From contig MU053065.1 in NCBI GenBank assembly GCA_013239625.1, positions 62,001 to 126,000 of the forward strand: DNA of 64,000 nucleotides, read 5' to 3'. Below the pieces are notes generated by a model, which made no database searches, was not told the DNA's origin, and saw only the letters and a list, made by a program, of their open reading frames with translations. The translations under genes were made by a program, and so were the position numbers. This DNA is from Lama guanicoe. Lineage: Eukaryota. Positions 25,713 through 38,415 of the stretch are shown in pieces. Each line of letters starts with the position of its first letter. Position 1 is the stretch's first letter.

Positions 25713-25769
25713 TCAGGCGCAGCAGATACCTCTCCGCTCTGGGGAAACGGCCCCGGCCAGCGGGATCAT
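25713..25769 (-). other. uORF MIPLAGAVSPERRGICCA* ending 1 nt before the EPC1 ATG
   Basis: ATG at 25769-25767 (weak context TCC-ATG-A), stop TGA at 25715-25713; the junction reads TGA-G-ATG. Confidence 0.6.
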
Positions 25770-25909
25770 GGAGAACCGGGGGTTCGGTCCCCACTCGCCC
25801 GCCGCTGCCGGGGACTGGAGGGGCGGAGCGCGGAGCCCGCCGTCCGGGCGCTCGGAGCAGCCGGGAGGTGGGAGGCCGCGCCGCTCCGCTCCTCGCTCGC
25901 TCGCTCTCC

Positions 25910-25939
25910 TCAATACGCCATGGCCAACATGGCGGACAT
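25910..25939 (-). other. uORF MSAMLAMAY* in the EPC1 5' leader (three in-frame AUGs)
   Basis: Minus strand reads ATG TCC GCC ATG TTG GCC ATG GCG TAT TGA, starting 228 nt upstream of the main ATG. Being transcribed depends on the TSS lying upstream of 25939. Confidence 0.7.
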
Positions 25940-28900
25940 TAAAACTCCACTGTGCGCTCTTCAGCCAACCCCAGCCATTCCCCACACTGCAACGCTGCTC
26001 GGGCTGAACTTTCCCGGCCATTACTTTCAGTCGAACTCCGGGCTGCGTCTGACGCGCTCCGCACCCACCAGGCTCAGTGTAAACCCGCGCATCCTCCGCG
26101 GCTCCAGAGGAGGCCTTGGCGTTTACCTACCCATACTCGCTCTTTCATTGTAATTGAAGCAAAGGGACTCATCGGACAGTGCAACCTTAAAGGAAAAAAA
26201 TTTAAAGCAAGACCTACTTCACAATGTTGCAGCCAGGTCTTTATATGTAGCTCATGGTTTTTCTGCACTGGAAGGAAATGCTACTTCAACGCAGCCAAGG
26301 GTTGACATTTATCATTTGTTCTATGGAAGACTATGAAACTGAATTTTATGAAGACCCATAGTGCTCCTGCCAAACCAAAAGAATTTTTTTAAAGCGAAAA
26401 TCTGTATCGTTAGAAGAGATGTTGATGGATGTGATTGTTGACATTTGGTTTATATTACACACAAAAATGAGTATCCAGAGAGCTCTTTCCAGTAAAATAT
26501 TTTAAAAATCAGACTTGTTGGGGTGGGTTTAACAGATTTGGCAGCAAAATTTCAAACATTCGCCAAGATACAAACGTTTTGTACGTCTGCTTTTCTCCGT
26601 GGGGAATACATAGTAAAAATAATCACTATTCTTAAATACTGGGTTGGACAGGAACTGTTATTAGCTGAAGGCATAGAGGCCAACTGCTATCTTTCAGGCT
26701 GGTTTGGCTACCACTCTACCGGGTGGAGAGGAGACAAGGAGAACACGGACTGCAGTTCTCCAGAACGATCCTGAAACTTCACAGTGACAACGCCCCTCTG
26801 TGGGGCAGATGGACTGTCATCTATGTCTCCCGTATCAGGGCGATGATGCATTTGTTCATTCAATGAGCAAACATTCATTGAGACCTCAGAGCCCTCTGAG
26901 AATGTTGTTAATTACTTAGCACCCAGGGGCACTCCTGGAGGAGCTGACACAGTGGGAGCAGGACCCGTGGGTGGTAACTGAGGGCTCAGGGCTATTTGGG
27001 ACCACGCAGGAGTGGCACCTGATCCGTGGGGAGTGGCTCTAATGAAAGCACTCAGGGAAGGCTTTTTGGAGGAGATGATATCGGAGTAAAAGCCACACAG
27101 GGTAAATACGGGTTAACCTTGCCAACGATAAAGGGAAGAAACGTATCTTGGGCCAGAGAAGCAGCGTGTGCAAAGGCTCAGACCCCTGACAGTGTCTCAT
27201 ATTCCGAGATCCTCAAGAATGACCACCACACTGTGGACCGTGACATCTGCTTAGCCAAGTGTAACAGTTCTGAAAATACGGGATGAACTTTAGTACAACA
27301 GTCCTCCCCAGCCTACTGCATTAGATTTCTGAAAATCCTAGTAGTAGAATTTGGTTGATTGAAGAGCCTACGAACTAAAATTCAGTCTTAGGTCATGAGG
27401 GAACCACCAAGAAAATGAATATATATATATATATTTTCTTAAGCCTTCATTAAAATAACAGCCTACAGATAATGTTTTCCATATCCCATACTAGTAAGAA
27501 TGGGCACTATACAACCAGGTTCCTTGTTTTCCAGAAATTCTAGACTCACCCTCCATGGCGGGTTCAGAGAGATGCTTACACATTAAGCTTGCCTTTTGCA
27601 GGTGAGGTACCTGCCAGGAGATACTTCCTTTCTGCACTGGTTCCCCATCCATCTCAGTGCCCTGGATTTCTGACCTGCAGGTCCTATTTGCTTCCCAAAG
27701 ATGCGAAGGCTGGAGTCCCAAGCCTCTTACATTCAGTTCATGTCCCTCCCTCCTGTGGGGCAGAAGTGTAGCAATGAAGGCTCCAGTTGAGCTTCCCTCA
27801 GGCCCCTTGCAAAAATGGTTAATCCTGCACCGTCTTTCACCTTTTCTTTTCCCAACTTAAAGTTCCCTCTTTTTCCTAAGTATCCCCAACCAGGGTGACG
27901 TGAAATTCTCAGTGTGTAAAGCTGCACACCTTTCCTCAAAGGGAAACTTTTGGTTGGGATGGGACCAGCAGTATTTCAAATAGTTTTGATTCATGTCACA
28001 GTTACTGAATAACTAGGCAACACGCAGGAGCATCATTGTAGGGGATACAAATAAAATACCGATAAAGGAATCCCCAGTTAATAAAGTGACCAGGACAAGG
28101 CAGGATGGTGACATGCCTGCTCGGAGTTGAGAAAGAAAGCAGTCAGCTCCAGGTGGGTGGATCAGACTTGATGGGGAGACGGCATGTGATATGGCTCTGA
28201 GGATGACTGATGTTCCAACTGGTAACGGGGATGAGATGGTAGAAGAATTGGGTCTTCATGGGAGAGGGCAACCTGAGGGACATAAAATGGGGAAGAGTCA
28301 CCTGCTATGTGTCTGAAGATGAGGTTTACTTGTCCAGAGTTCAGTAGGAGAGGACAACAATCGAGGTATGACAAAACTGAGAAGAACTTGGGTGGAGGGA
28401 GTCAGACTAGAAAGCACAGAGACGTAAGTTTTAATGGTAATAATAATCACTTACAATATCACTATCCTGAAATGTGATGCATTGGTTTCAAATACAGAAC
28501 GTCCGCTTAAACAACAACAAAGAATGCGCCAAATGCACTGGTTCTGACAGTGCAGTCTCCTGTGCGTAATGTACCTGAAATACAGCTCCGCGTGCCCAGT
28601 ATGAGCCCAAGTCCTATTGTTACTTTGCAGTTGTTTCTAGGATTTGCCTCCTAATTTCCATCCTCCCTGTCTCAACCATCGTCCCAGCTCTCGTCACTTC
28701 CCACATAGAAACACCCGCTAGCCCAGGTCGTCCTCGGTTCACTCGTCCCCTCAACAAGCCTTTAGGAAGCTCCCACTTCACAGGACACTGTGCTGGGTCT
28801 TCCCCGATAGTGGCTGGTGGGAGCCAGCAGTGGCTGGTCAGGGATGTGGGTCCCGGGGGTGTCAGGGCTTCCCCAGGTCAATGTGCCTGAACCCCACTTT

Positions 28901-29157
28901 CATGTGTATCCTCTCTCCCCCAAGTCATTATTTACAGCTGCTCTTCATTCTGTTCATGACATAGAGTCAATTTTTTTTTTGGCATGATTGTCAGGGCCTC
29001 ATAATTTTGCCTTCACCTTATCCAACATCATTTCTCCTTTATTGCTTATGGCAAACAACCCAAGCCCTGCACTACAGACAGGTGAGTTTCACCACCATCT
29101 TTAGAAATTAGCAAGCCTTTCCTGCTTCCTCTTTCCTTTCTTTTTAAAAGAAAAGTT

Positions 29158-29272
29158 GGGGGGGTGTCATTAGGCTTATGTATTCATTTATTTATTATCG
29201 TCATTTTTAGTGGCGGTACCAGGACCTCATGCATGCTAAGCACTGCACTCTTCCCTGAGCTATTCCTCTCCC
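29158..29272 (-). mobile_element. Vic-1-type tRNA-Ala-derived SINE (internally deleted)
   Basis: Reverse complement of GGGAGAGGAATAGCTCAG…GCTTAGCATGCATGAGGTCCTGG with an AT-rich tail. Confidence 0.8.
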
Positions 29273-29654
29273 TATTCTTTCTTTCCGTCTCTCTCCTCTC
29301 CCTGTCCAGCTTCAGATCTCTCCTTCTAGCTACTGAAGTGCTACTTCACAGGAACGTTTTGAAGATTAAATAAAGCCAACCATGTCAAGCATCCCCATGG
29401 TCTGCGGCCCACAGCAAACTTTCAATAGTTGTAAGCTCTTGTTCTTACTCTTCAAAACCCAACTCAGATATCACCTCCTTCGTGACACTTCGATGACTTA
29501 ATTTCTCTGGGGCCTCATTTTCTAATCTGAAGAATGCGTTGGGTGAATTCAAAATAATCCTTAAGCCTACCCCTACCGCACTCTTCCTCATCTCTGAACT
29601 CCTGTTACACTTTCCATCAGTAAGAACAATAACTTTACTTTCAAAAACAAAAAT

Positions 29655-29832
29655 AAGTTTATTCCTACTGTAGAGCACAGGGAACTATAGTCAATACCTT
29701 GTAATGGCCTAGAATGAAAAAGCACAGGAAAAGTAGTCTATCTATCTATCTGGATCACTAGGCTGTACACCAGAAACTAACACAACATTGTAAATCAACT
29801 CTACTTCAATTAAAAATAAATAAATAAAAATA
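29655..29832 (+). mobile_element. L1 3' end fragment
   Basis: CTACTGTAGAGCACAGGGAACTATAGTCAATACCTTGTAAT…CAACATTGTAAATCAACTCTACTTCAATTAAAA. Confidence 0.85.
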
Positions 29833-29833
29833 A

Positions 29834-29980
29834 GGGGGAGGGTATAGCTCGAGTGGTAGAGCACATACTTAGCATGCTTGAGGTCCTGGGTTCAATCTCC
29901 AATACCGCCTCTAAAAATAAACAAATAAACCTAATTACCTGCTCCCCTAAGATTTTTTTAAATAATAAATAAAAATAAAT
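29834..29980 (+). mobile_element. Vic-1-type SINE in the tail of the preceding L1
   Basis: GGGGGAGGGTATAGCTCGAGTGGTAGAGCACATACTTAGCATGCTTGAGGTCCTGGGTTCAATC… with Pol III A/B boxes and an A-rich tail. Confidence 0.9.
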
Positions 29981-31119
29981 TTATCGAACATTTACTATAT
30001 GCCAGGCAGTGCAAAAGTACATTTTAAATGCATTAGCTCATTTAATTTTCATGACCGCCCTGTCTATGAGGTGTGTCCTATTAGAGCAGTTGCAAGTCCT
30101 GCCTCTGGTCACAGAGCAGGGGAGAGACAATGCTGAGGCTGGAATCCCCAGGTCCAGAGTGGAGCCGCGACCCCAGATGACGGAGTGAAATGAGGGGTGA
30201 ACTGGCAGTGAGCTGAGAGAGGGAGGCTGCCCCTCCCCTTCCGAGAGGCTTGGCAATGAGCGGAGGGTGAAGGGAGAGGCAGAGGGGGAGGAAGCCATTC
30301 AGGTCACCAGTTTTGTTGTTTTTGAAGGTGGGAGAGATGTGGGCAAGTTTGTTCGCTAAAAGCAGAGAATCCTGTAAATGGATTAAGTTTAGGACCGGCT
30401 TCCTCTGCAGGAGGGAAGGCAAGAATGGTACAAGTGATTCAAAGAAGTTAAATCCTCAGTGATGGGAACAATAAGATTAAAAACCAAACAAACAAACAAA
30501 ACACATAGTACTAATTTAGGCAGCAGGAGTCCAGATTCTGCCTTTCTCCAAGCATTCAACAAATATCTCCTGGATGTTTACAGACCTGGGCAAGGCCATT
30601 TGTGCAGAACTATGATAAGCAAGTCCCCGTGGCCTTCCAGAGCTAAGAATAAAGTCAGAGGCTGTGTTTGTATTTAATTGGGAAAATGTGAAATTAATGT
30701 CTTTACAAAATGTGAGTACACAATGATCTCAACATTAAGAAATGATACAGTGCTCTAATTGAGAGCATTGTGCAAAAGTACTAAATACTGAATATTTTCA
30801 CCAGCAGTAATCATTTGCCGTCACTTTCTTTTTCTTTTCATAATAAGCTAGATAAAGAAATGACATCAAGTACACAACATTTAGGAAAATAAAAACTGGA
30901 AGCCCTTTATGATGTGTTGTATGTTGGAAAGTAAACGTTGCAATTGTGTCACAGCTTATTTAATAGCATACCACAAGAAACAATACCTGAACTGATTTCT
31001 CTAGAGTTGATTTATGCATGGAATTCTGTGCATAGTATTTAAGAACTATGTTTTATACAAAATAAGATAGTTCGGCATATATCCAGAAATAGTCTATCTC
31101 TACTTTAAAAGAATAAAGC

Positions 31120-31264
31120 CAGTATCTTATAATAACTTATAGTGAAAAAGAATATGAAAACGAATATATGTATGTACATGTATGACTGAAATATGATGCT
31201 GGACACCAGAAACTGACACAGCATTGTACGCTGACTATATTTCAGTTAAAAATAAATAAATAAA
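31120..31264 (+). mobile_element. L1 3' end fragment
   Basis: GAAAAAGAATATGAAAACGAATATATGTATG…ACACCAGAAACTGACACAGCATTG, A-tail. Confidence 0.85.
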
Positions 31265-32206
31265 GGGAAAATTATGAATCCTAGAAAACTGTAGCAGGAC
31301 AGACTCAAAATTATTTCAGTTCAACTGTGTCTCCAATATACATGACTAAAACCAATCAGGTCTGTCTAAGAATGAGTTAAAAATAGTTCCAGCAGTGTTG
31401 GGATTTAAAAAAACACACAAAAATATAATGAAACATGATACATCTTATTGTGTAAGGTAAAATCCTAAATTTATAGAATATCTACTCTGAGCACAGCAAG
31501 GATTTGGCCAAAATTTAGATCACCATCCCTCTTGGGGGGAAAAAAGGTGATTGGTTAAGTCTGACCACTTGAAGGACTTGCTTTTCTTAATTCCGAGGTC
31601 CCGTAAATCATGCGATCTTTTCCTCACCATCCTGGTGGGCAGGTGATGGGACCCCCACGACACTTCTAGAAGCAGCTGGGGGAGAGGTGCAAGGCATAAA
31701 TAGGAAACTGTTTGGAACTTGAACAATAACAATTCCATACATACATCATATATATACACACATCATATATTCCAACAATGAGTTTTCCAGAATAGAAGTC
31801 CATCTTAGAAAATGAGAAAAATTTAAAAATTAAAACATATGTATTAAAGGAATACATTTGGTAGTATATATCTAAACTGGATTTTCAGGTAAATTTACTT
31901 CCATTTACCTAAACAGGTAAACTACTGTTACCTTATTTAATCTAGTGACTGGCACCTACTGGCAGGCACGATTTGTAGCCTAGGTGTTGGTCCAAGGTTG
32001 CAAAGGACAGAAGGATAAAAATGAGGGAGAGGGAGGAGAGAGGGGGAGGTGGGAACCTTTAGGTGCCTTACAGTCTTGAACACATAAAACATACTACTTG
32101 TGTTACACTAATCAGTGTGGTACAAATGGTACAAGAGGGGTTAGAGATGAAACAGGAACAAGAGAAAAAAACTGTTCATGAAGTAGAAATTTGAGTGGAA
32201 AGTTGT

Positions 32207-32418
32207 TTTTTTTTTTTTTAGTTTTGTTTCTTTGGGGGGATGGTGGAGGTAATTGGGGTTTTATTTATTGTTTATTTATTTAAAATAATTAAATTGTTTA
32301 TTTATTAATAATAATTAATAGCTTAAATTATTTATTTTAATGGAGATGCTGGGGATTGAAGCCAGGACCTTGTGCACACCAGTAAGCACATGCTCCACCA
32401 CTGAGCTATTTCCCCCCC
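32207..32418 (-). mobile_element. Vic-1-type SINE with expanded AT-rich linker
   Basis: TGGAGATGCTGGGGATTGAAGCCAGGACC…CTCCACCACTGAGCTAT, poly-T at the left. Confidence 0.85.
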
Positions 32419-33796
32419 AACTCTGTTAGAAGGTTTAAGTCAAAGGTACAAGCAGGCGATGGATACACGCTGCTAGGAAAGAGGGCATCCCAGAGAGGGG
32501 CTGCTAGGAACCGCCGCTGCTCCTGTGACCCAAAGAAGGGAGTTATCTCTATCTTCTTCAGAGACTTGGGGCACAGAAGTCTCTTTTTTTATTATCTAGT
32601 AAGTTACGATTAGTGAAATAAGAGTTTTACTTTCACTCTACGTATTATTCTTCATTACGATACTTTGAGTAACACAGATCGTCCTGACGGCTCAGATGGC
32701 ACTCTGGGTCCCGAAACTCGGGCTTCCAGAGCAGGGAAGGGGAAGTGACTGAGTTTTTTCAAACCTGAGGAGTGAGGTTATAGGTGTGGAGAATGACTGG
32801 TGGAGGGAGCGGAGAAGGGGCTGGGGAACGGAGCCCAGGGGAACCCGCACACCTGGGGGACAGCAGAGGGAGAAGGGCCGGGAAACGAACAGAGGAGGCT
32901 GGGAGCCGCCAGGTGACTACTTTCAGGAGGTGATCAATGAGAAGAAACAAAAAGAATGAGGAGGTCCCTGGAGACACAGCAACCCTGATTTCTACAGGAC
33001 GGTGAGAGCAAAAAATACAATCTGGTGAGCTGAGGCGTGGGCTGGAGGAGCAGGCTGCATGGAGCCTGGAACATGCTAATTCATCATGTACCAGGCAAGA
33101 TGAGCCAGGTGAAATTTTGAAGGGCCCTCCTTGGATGCTTTCCTAGGCCCTTCCTCATAGGAAAGCACCCCGAGGACAAAAAAAAATAGGCTTAGCTTCA
33201 GGACACAACCAGGGGCACATCATGAGTACCTCCCACGTCAGACATCAGAAGTGAATGTATTGCGTTAATTCTCCAGGCTTCACAAAATCCTGGTCTGGAG
33301 GAAGTAAAACGTATCTTTCATCTTTAAAACTGCAGAAACTAGTAAACAAAACACCAGCCTGACTTGTTTGAGTTCCTGACAAGGGCAGAGGCCACATCCA
33401 GATCTAAAATTTCTTCTGAATTAGGTTTCCCAAACTCTAGACTCATAAACCACAAGACAAAACAAGGACACCGTGGTGGCACATACATTTGGATATATAT
33501 TTTGGTTTTAATAGACTTATTCATAATCAGGTTAACTATTTGGTGTTTTTATTCCTTTCCAGTCTTTTCTGGCTTTGTTTCTGTTTTTCATTTGCTTGTT
33601 TTACGACACTGGAATAGTACTGTGTATTATTTTGTTGTGGTCCTCACTTCTCAGTGTAATTCTCACCTCATTAAGCATTCTTCCCAGATGTTAGCTTAGC
33701 ACTTTTCAAAATTATGTTCCATAAAACGCTAATCTCAGAAGTTACGTTCTGAGATGAGAGTTCTATAAAGAGTTACATATAAAATCAGTAAGTTAA

Positions 33797-33916
33797 GGTG
33801 TGGGGGTATAGCTCAGTGGTAGAGTGTGTGTCTAGCATGCATGAGGTCCTGGGTTCAATCCCTAGTACCTCCACTATAGAAATAAACAAACAAATAAAAA
33901 CCTAATTTTTAAAAAG
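33797..33916 (+). mobile_element. Vic-1-type SINE
   Basis: GGGGGTATAGCTCAGTGGTAGAG…GAGGTCCTGGGTTCAATCCCTAGTACCTCCA; flanking direct repeat CAGTAAGTTA (33786-33795, 33919-33928). Confidence 0.92.
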
Positions 33917-35811
33917 CCCAGTAAGTTAGGGAAAAACTGCCTATTATTTCTTCCTGTTTAAAATCCGTATAGGCTCAGACAAGTCCTGCAGGAAAGAAAT
34001 CTATTTACTGATACTTAGAAAAGTATTTTCCTAATTTATCTCACCATGCAACCCCTTACCATGTGCTATCCATTACTACATTTGTTTTATAAAATCACAC
34101 TCTGAGAAATTGTTACCCAGGCAATTTAAGGAAACAGAAGTTTTCCTGAGCAAATTATCTATTTAATTACTTAAGAAGTCTGACCTGTGAACTTTGAAAA
34201 AGCAAAAAGTTTTTATAAATGTAAAGTACTATCTTTATTACCACTTCTTCAGATTTTTATCCGCTAAAAACAGTGCAAATAAGACACTTAGCAACAAAAC
34301 TGGATAGAATTCTAACAAGCACTAGAATTAAGAAGATAGCTATGCTTTGGCAATAAATCTGATGTTTAATAACAAATTAATTAAGATGTTTCGCTACATT
34401 TCTTTGTCCAAGTTTCTCCACTAAAATAAAAGGTGCATGCTGAACTTTGCCTCAGATTTTTCGTACTGACTTAAGCTCTTCTAGCTGCAGTTTCTCCATC
34501 CATAAAATAGAAACCATAGCACAATCTGTCACATAGGTTGTTACATTGACTCAATGAAACCATTAACACAGAAAATTTAGCTTGGACCGGACACAAAAGT
34601 CATGCTCAATCAACATGAGCTATTTTTTAAGGATTTTTAAAATTACATTCTTTTGAATAGATCATTTTATTTTTCTGAGCTTTATTTTTGTACATACAGT
34701 ATAAAACATAACCCTGGTTGTAAAGGCTTCAAAATTCTTAGCTAAGGAAACAAAACAAAACTAAGGAATCCTCAAATGAAACCAGAGACCAAGATACACA
34801 TATAAACTAATTTATATATAAATATTATACTCATCTTCTAGAATCTTTTTGTTTCCAGTGAGTAGCTTTGTATCATTCCTATGTTTAAATCTACATGGTG
34901 CTCTGCTGTCCTCCTCGCCTCCCTCCACCCCCACCCCCACTGCCAAAAGATTGACCTGGCATTGCCCAGTGCCTGTGTAATCTCCAAATCTGGTCAAGCC
35001 AGCTCCCCATGGGGTCAGGGCCTCTCTGTACAGGTTGCTCCTGTTTCCCTCAAGGTGAACACTTTGTGTAAAGAGTCAAATGATAAGTAACATTTTGCAT
35101 TCGTGCAGTGAGACACAGGTTATGTACTGGGAGGAACACTGTCTTCCATGTTTGAAGACGCAGATGCTAATCTAATGTTTACTGTTTACCAGCAGCATGA
35201 GCCTAGAGAAACGATTTAATCTCTGATACTTAAGCATCTTGTATGCTGGGTCTAAAGAATACTTTTTCTTCCCCCTCTTAGACCATTACAAAGAACAAAT
35301 AAGATAATATGGTGAAAACTCTTTGCCAACTCCAAAGTGCCCTACAAATACAAGGAAGAATGAATCCTTTTACTTCAATTTCTCCATAGTGGTTAGGAAA
35401 GGCATATGTATATTGCCCCAAATTGACACACTGAAACAGGAAGTTGATCGCAGACTTGATTGCTAGTCTAGGGCCCTTCAGCCGTTTCCTTAAATAAGAA
35501 ATCTTTAAGATAATACCAAAATTCATCCTTTTTATTTATTTTTTCAATAGTCTTTTTTTTTACCCCTTTATATTTATCTTGCCATATTTTTTCAATTAAT
35601 CTAGACTGTCCAACACAATATAAAAATCTAGGAAATCTGTAAGTCTGAATTATTTTGAGATAAGCTATGTACCTATATTACCATTTTTACAGTTATAATT
35701 TTTTATAGTTTTCTCAAAATTTTCCTTATCTAAACCTCCATTTAGAACAGGAAATCAGTAAAAATGTTTTCTTGAATTTTGCTCACTAATTTACCCTTAA
35801 AGCATCATTTA

Positions 35812-35915
35812 GGGGGTGGGTGTAGCTCAATGGTAGAGTGTGTGCTTAGTATGCACAAGGTCCTGGGTTCAAGCCATTCAAAAAATAATAAAATATAAAA
35901 ATAAATAGATAAATA
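35812..35915 (+). mobile_element. Vic-1-type SINE
   Basis: GGGGGTGGGTGTAGCTCAATGGTAGAG…GGTCCTGGGTTCAAG plus A-rich tail. Confidence 0.88.
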
Positions 35916-35999
35916 AGAGCAGCATTCAAGGTTTCTAGCAGATGATACACAGGAGCTTTAAGAAAAATCGCTGTAAGATAGAATGTAATATGCTGATGA

Positions 36000-36150
36000 A
36001 AGGCCCTGGTTTCAGAGTCAGACATGATCTGGGTTTGAATCTCAAACTCTGCTCTTTCCTAGCTCTGTAAACCTGAATAAAAGTCATAACATCTATGAGT
36101 TTCCTCTTCCGCCTCTAACATGGGGATGATGCCTACCTCCAAGTATTGTT
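36000..36150 (+). mobile_element. MIR SINE
   Basis: GAGTCAGACATGATCTGGGTTTGAATCTC…CTAGCTCTGTAAACCTG. Confidence 0.65.
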
Positions 36151-37042
36151 TGGAATAGGTGAATTAGCCACATAACCAAACTGACTGGGTTGGTACTTTG
36201 CTGGATATTTTTCTTGCATTATCTCATTTAATCTCTACAAAATAGCTTCAGTGCCTGTCATTAAAGATTTCGATGTATTAAATATTATTACACACACACA
36301 CACACACAAAACCTGAGCATTTTTCTTAAGGATTATGGAATAGTTTCCAGTGTAGGGTGGAAAATGGTTGCCCAAGAGGAGTGACCCAGGTCCTAACTCC
36401 CTTCATTTTAACATAAACGCTACACTGGGTTTACACTGGTGGTTCAGTCCTCCTTCCTCTTGAAGAAAAACACTCAAAACCTAAACCTGAAGAAGAAATA
36501 CTACCTGAATAAAAAAGGGTTCCCTCTTGAATAGTTTTCCTGTTTCTTTCCATTCACAAAAACCACCATGTCCACACACTCCTCACAGAAGGCTCGTGCG
36601 GGACTTGGTTGTGTGTCCCTCCAGCATCTAGTTACCCGTCTTCCATCTTAACAGAATTCTCTTCGCCTTTATTTTGTTGGGTTGTTCCATCATCTGTGCT
36701 CTTTCCAAATAATTAAGCTTTCATGCTCTGCTTGAAAAGCATTCATTTTTCAGCATTCATTTTTAACAATGTTCTGTATAATGGTCTTTCTTAATTCTTC
36801 ATGGGAATAAAAAAACAAAACAATTTTAAGTACTGAGAAAACAGGCTAATTTTCTAACAATATCGCCTCCAATATGTGAGTTTCTAAGACTATTTTTTAA
36901 AAGCAAAGGGCTTTTCAGGCCCTGTTACATTTTTTTTTAATAATTGAGTCATCAGTGAATTAAAAAAATAACTCATGCTAGGCTAGCTCATGTGTATTAA
37001 ATTGTTATTTATGAGCATTTTATTTTAAAAGATGTGGGTTCT

Positions 37043-37348
37043 TTTTTAAAAAAATTTTTTTTTATTGAGTTAGTCATTTTACAATGTTGTGTCAAATTCC
37101 AGTGTAGAGCACAATTTTTCAGTTATACACGAACGTACATACATTCATTGTCACATTTTTTTCGCTGTGAGCTGCCACAAGATCTTGTATATATTTCCCT
37201 GTGCTATACAGTATAATCTTGTTTATCTATTCTACATATGTCTGTCAGTATCTACAAATTTTGAACTCCCAGTCTGTCCCTTCCCACCTCCCCCAACTTT
37301 GGCAACCACAAGTTTGTATTCTATGTCTATGAGTCTGTTTCTGTTTTG
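37043..37348 (-). mobile_element. Young L1 3' end
   Basis: Reverse complement of the same 3'UTR as 14931-15114; flanking direct repeat TATTTTAAAAGATGTGGGTTCT (37021-37042, 37349-37370). Confidence 0.92.
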
Positions 37349-37829
37349 TATTTTAAAAGATGTGGGTTCTGATCCTGGCTTTGCACCAACTAGCTGTGTG
37401 ATCTTAACCTTCATCAGCCTGGACCTCAGTCTCTTGACCTTGAAAAGAGGGACTAAGACTTGATGGTCCCTCCCAATGCTTCCAGCTCATAAATTTTATG
37501 ATTATCCCCCCATTTTCTATAGTTGGGAGAAAAAAATAGGGATATGTGAAATTTTCTAAGTGTAAGAAGCTATGAAAAGAAAATTAAATTTGAGATACGT
37601 GGTTTTTATAGAAACGACACTTTTAACGTTTCCCAACTATATATTAACCCCAAAGAAGTGTATGAAAAGCAAATAAAGTCCTGGAAGACATGCCTTAGGG
37701 AGAGCAATTTCAACAAGTGGCTCAAAGATGTTATACTGTGTTAATTAGTATCACTTGATGCTTAAACAAAAGGATCTTATAGGATGCTTAGCAGAAGTAG
37801 CCTTGCCGTAAGTGTGGTCAAATGTGATC

Positions 37830-38055
37830 CAAGGATTAAGAGGTGCAAACTGTCAGGTATAAAATAAGCTACAAGGCTGTATTGTACCACACGGGGAATA
37901 CAGCCAATATTTTATAGTAACTATAAATGGAGCATAACCTGTAAAAATTGTGAATTACCATATTGTATCCCTGTAACATATAATATTGTACATCAACTAT
38001 ACTTCAATTTAAAAATACAATATTGTAAAATAAATACAGAAATAAAATTTAAAAA
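37830..38055 (+). mobile_element. L1 3' end (older subfamily)
   Basis: GGATTAAGAGGTGCAAACTG…TATAAAATAAGCTACAAGG…CATCAACTATACTTCAAT. Confidence 0.85.
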
Positions 38056-38415
38056 ATGTAATCTGAGAAATCTATGGAAGCTTACAAATATATCATTAAA
38101 ATTGGAAAATAAAGATTCAGAACTCATATGAAAAAGATACAAACTTTGAAACAAAAGCTGAAGCAGAAATGGTCAAAATAATTGTCTGGTAGTAAAAGAC
38201 CTGCAATCAGTCTTATATTCTCACTGGAAAAGTGCAGAGACTGTCTATGTAATAAGTTAAGAAATTAACAAAATACTATTGTCCAATATTATTGTGCACT
38301 GAGGAAAAAACAACACACAGCAACAATAACAATAGTAACAACCAATTTAGCAATTTGAAAAGTATGATGAAAGCAGTAAAAGTGTATCTAAGCCAGACAT
38401 CAAAAAACTAGGTTC

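Larger units (their letters stand above)
24550..26110. promoter_or_regulatory. EPC1: CpG island / main EPC1 promoter, 5' leader and start of intron 1
   Basis: Very high GC and CpG density around exon 1, with GC boxes, YY1 motifs and an E-box. Boundaries are approximate. Confidence 0.92.

Noticed and set aside
25308..26153. 281-aa plus-strand ORF antisense to exon 1
   Set aside because: Low-complexity G/A/P/R composition, TTG start, and stop depletion expected in a CpG island. An antisense RNA is possible but coding is unsupported.
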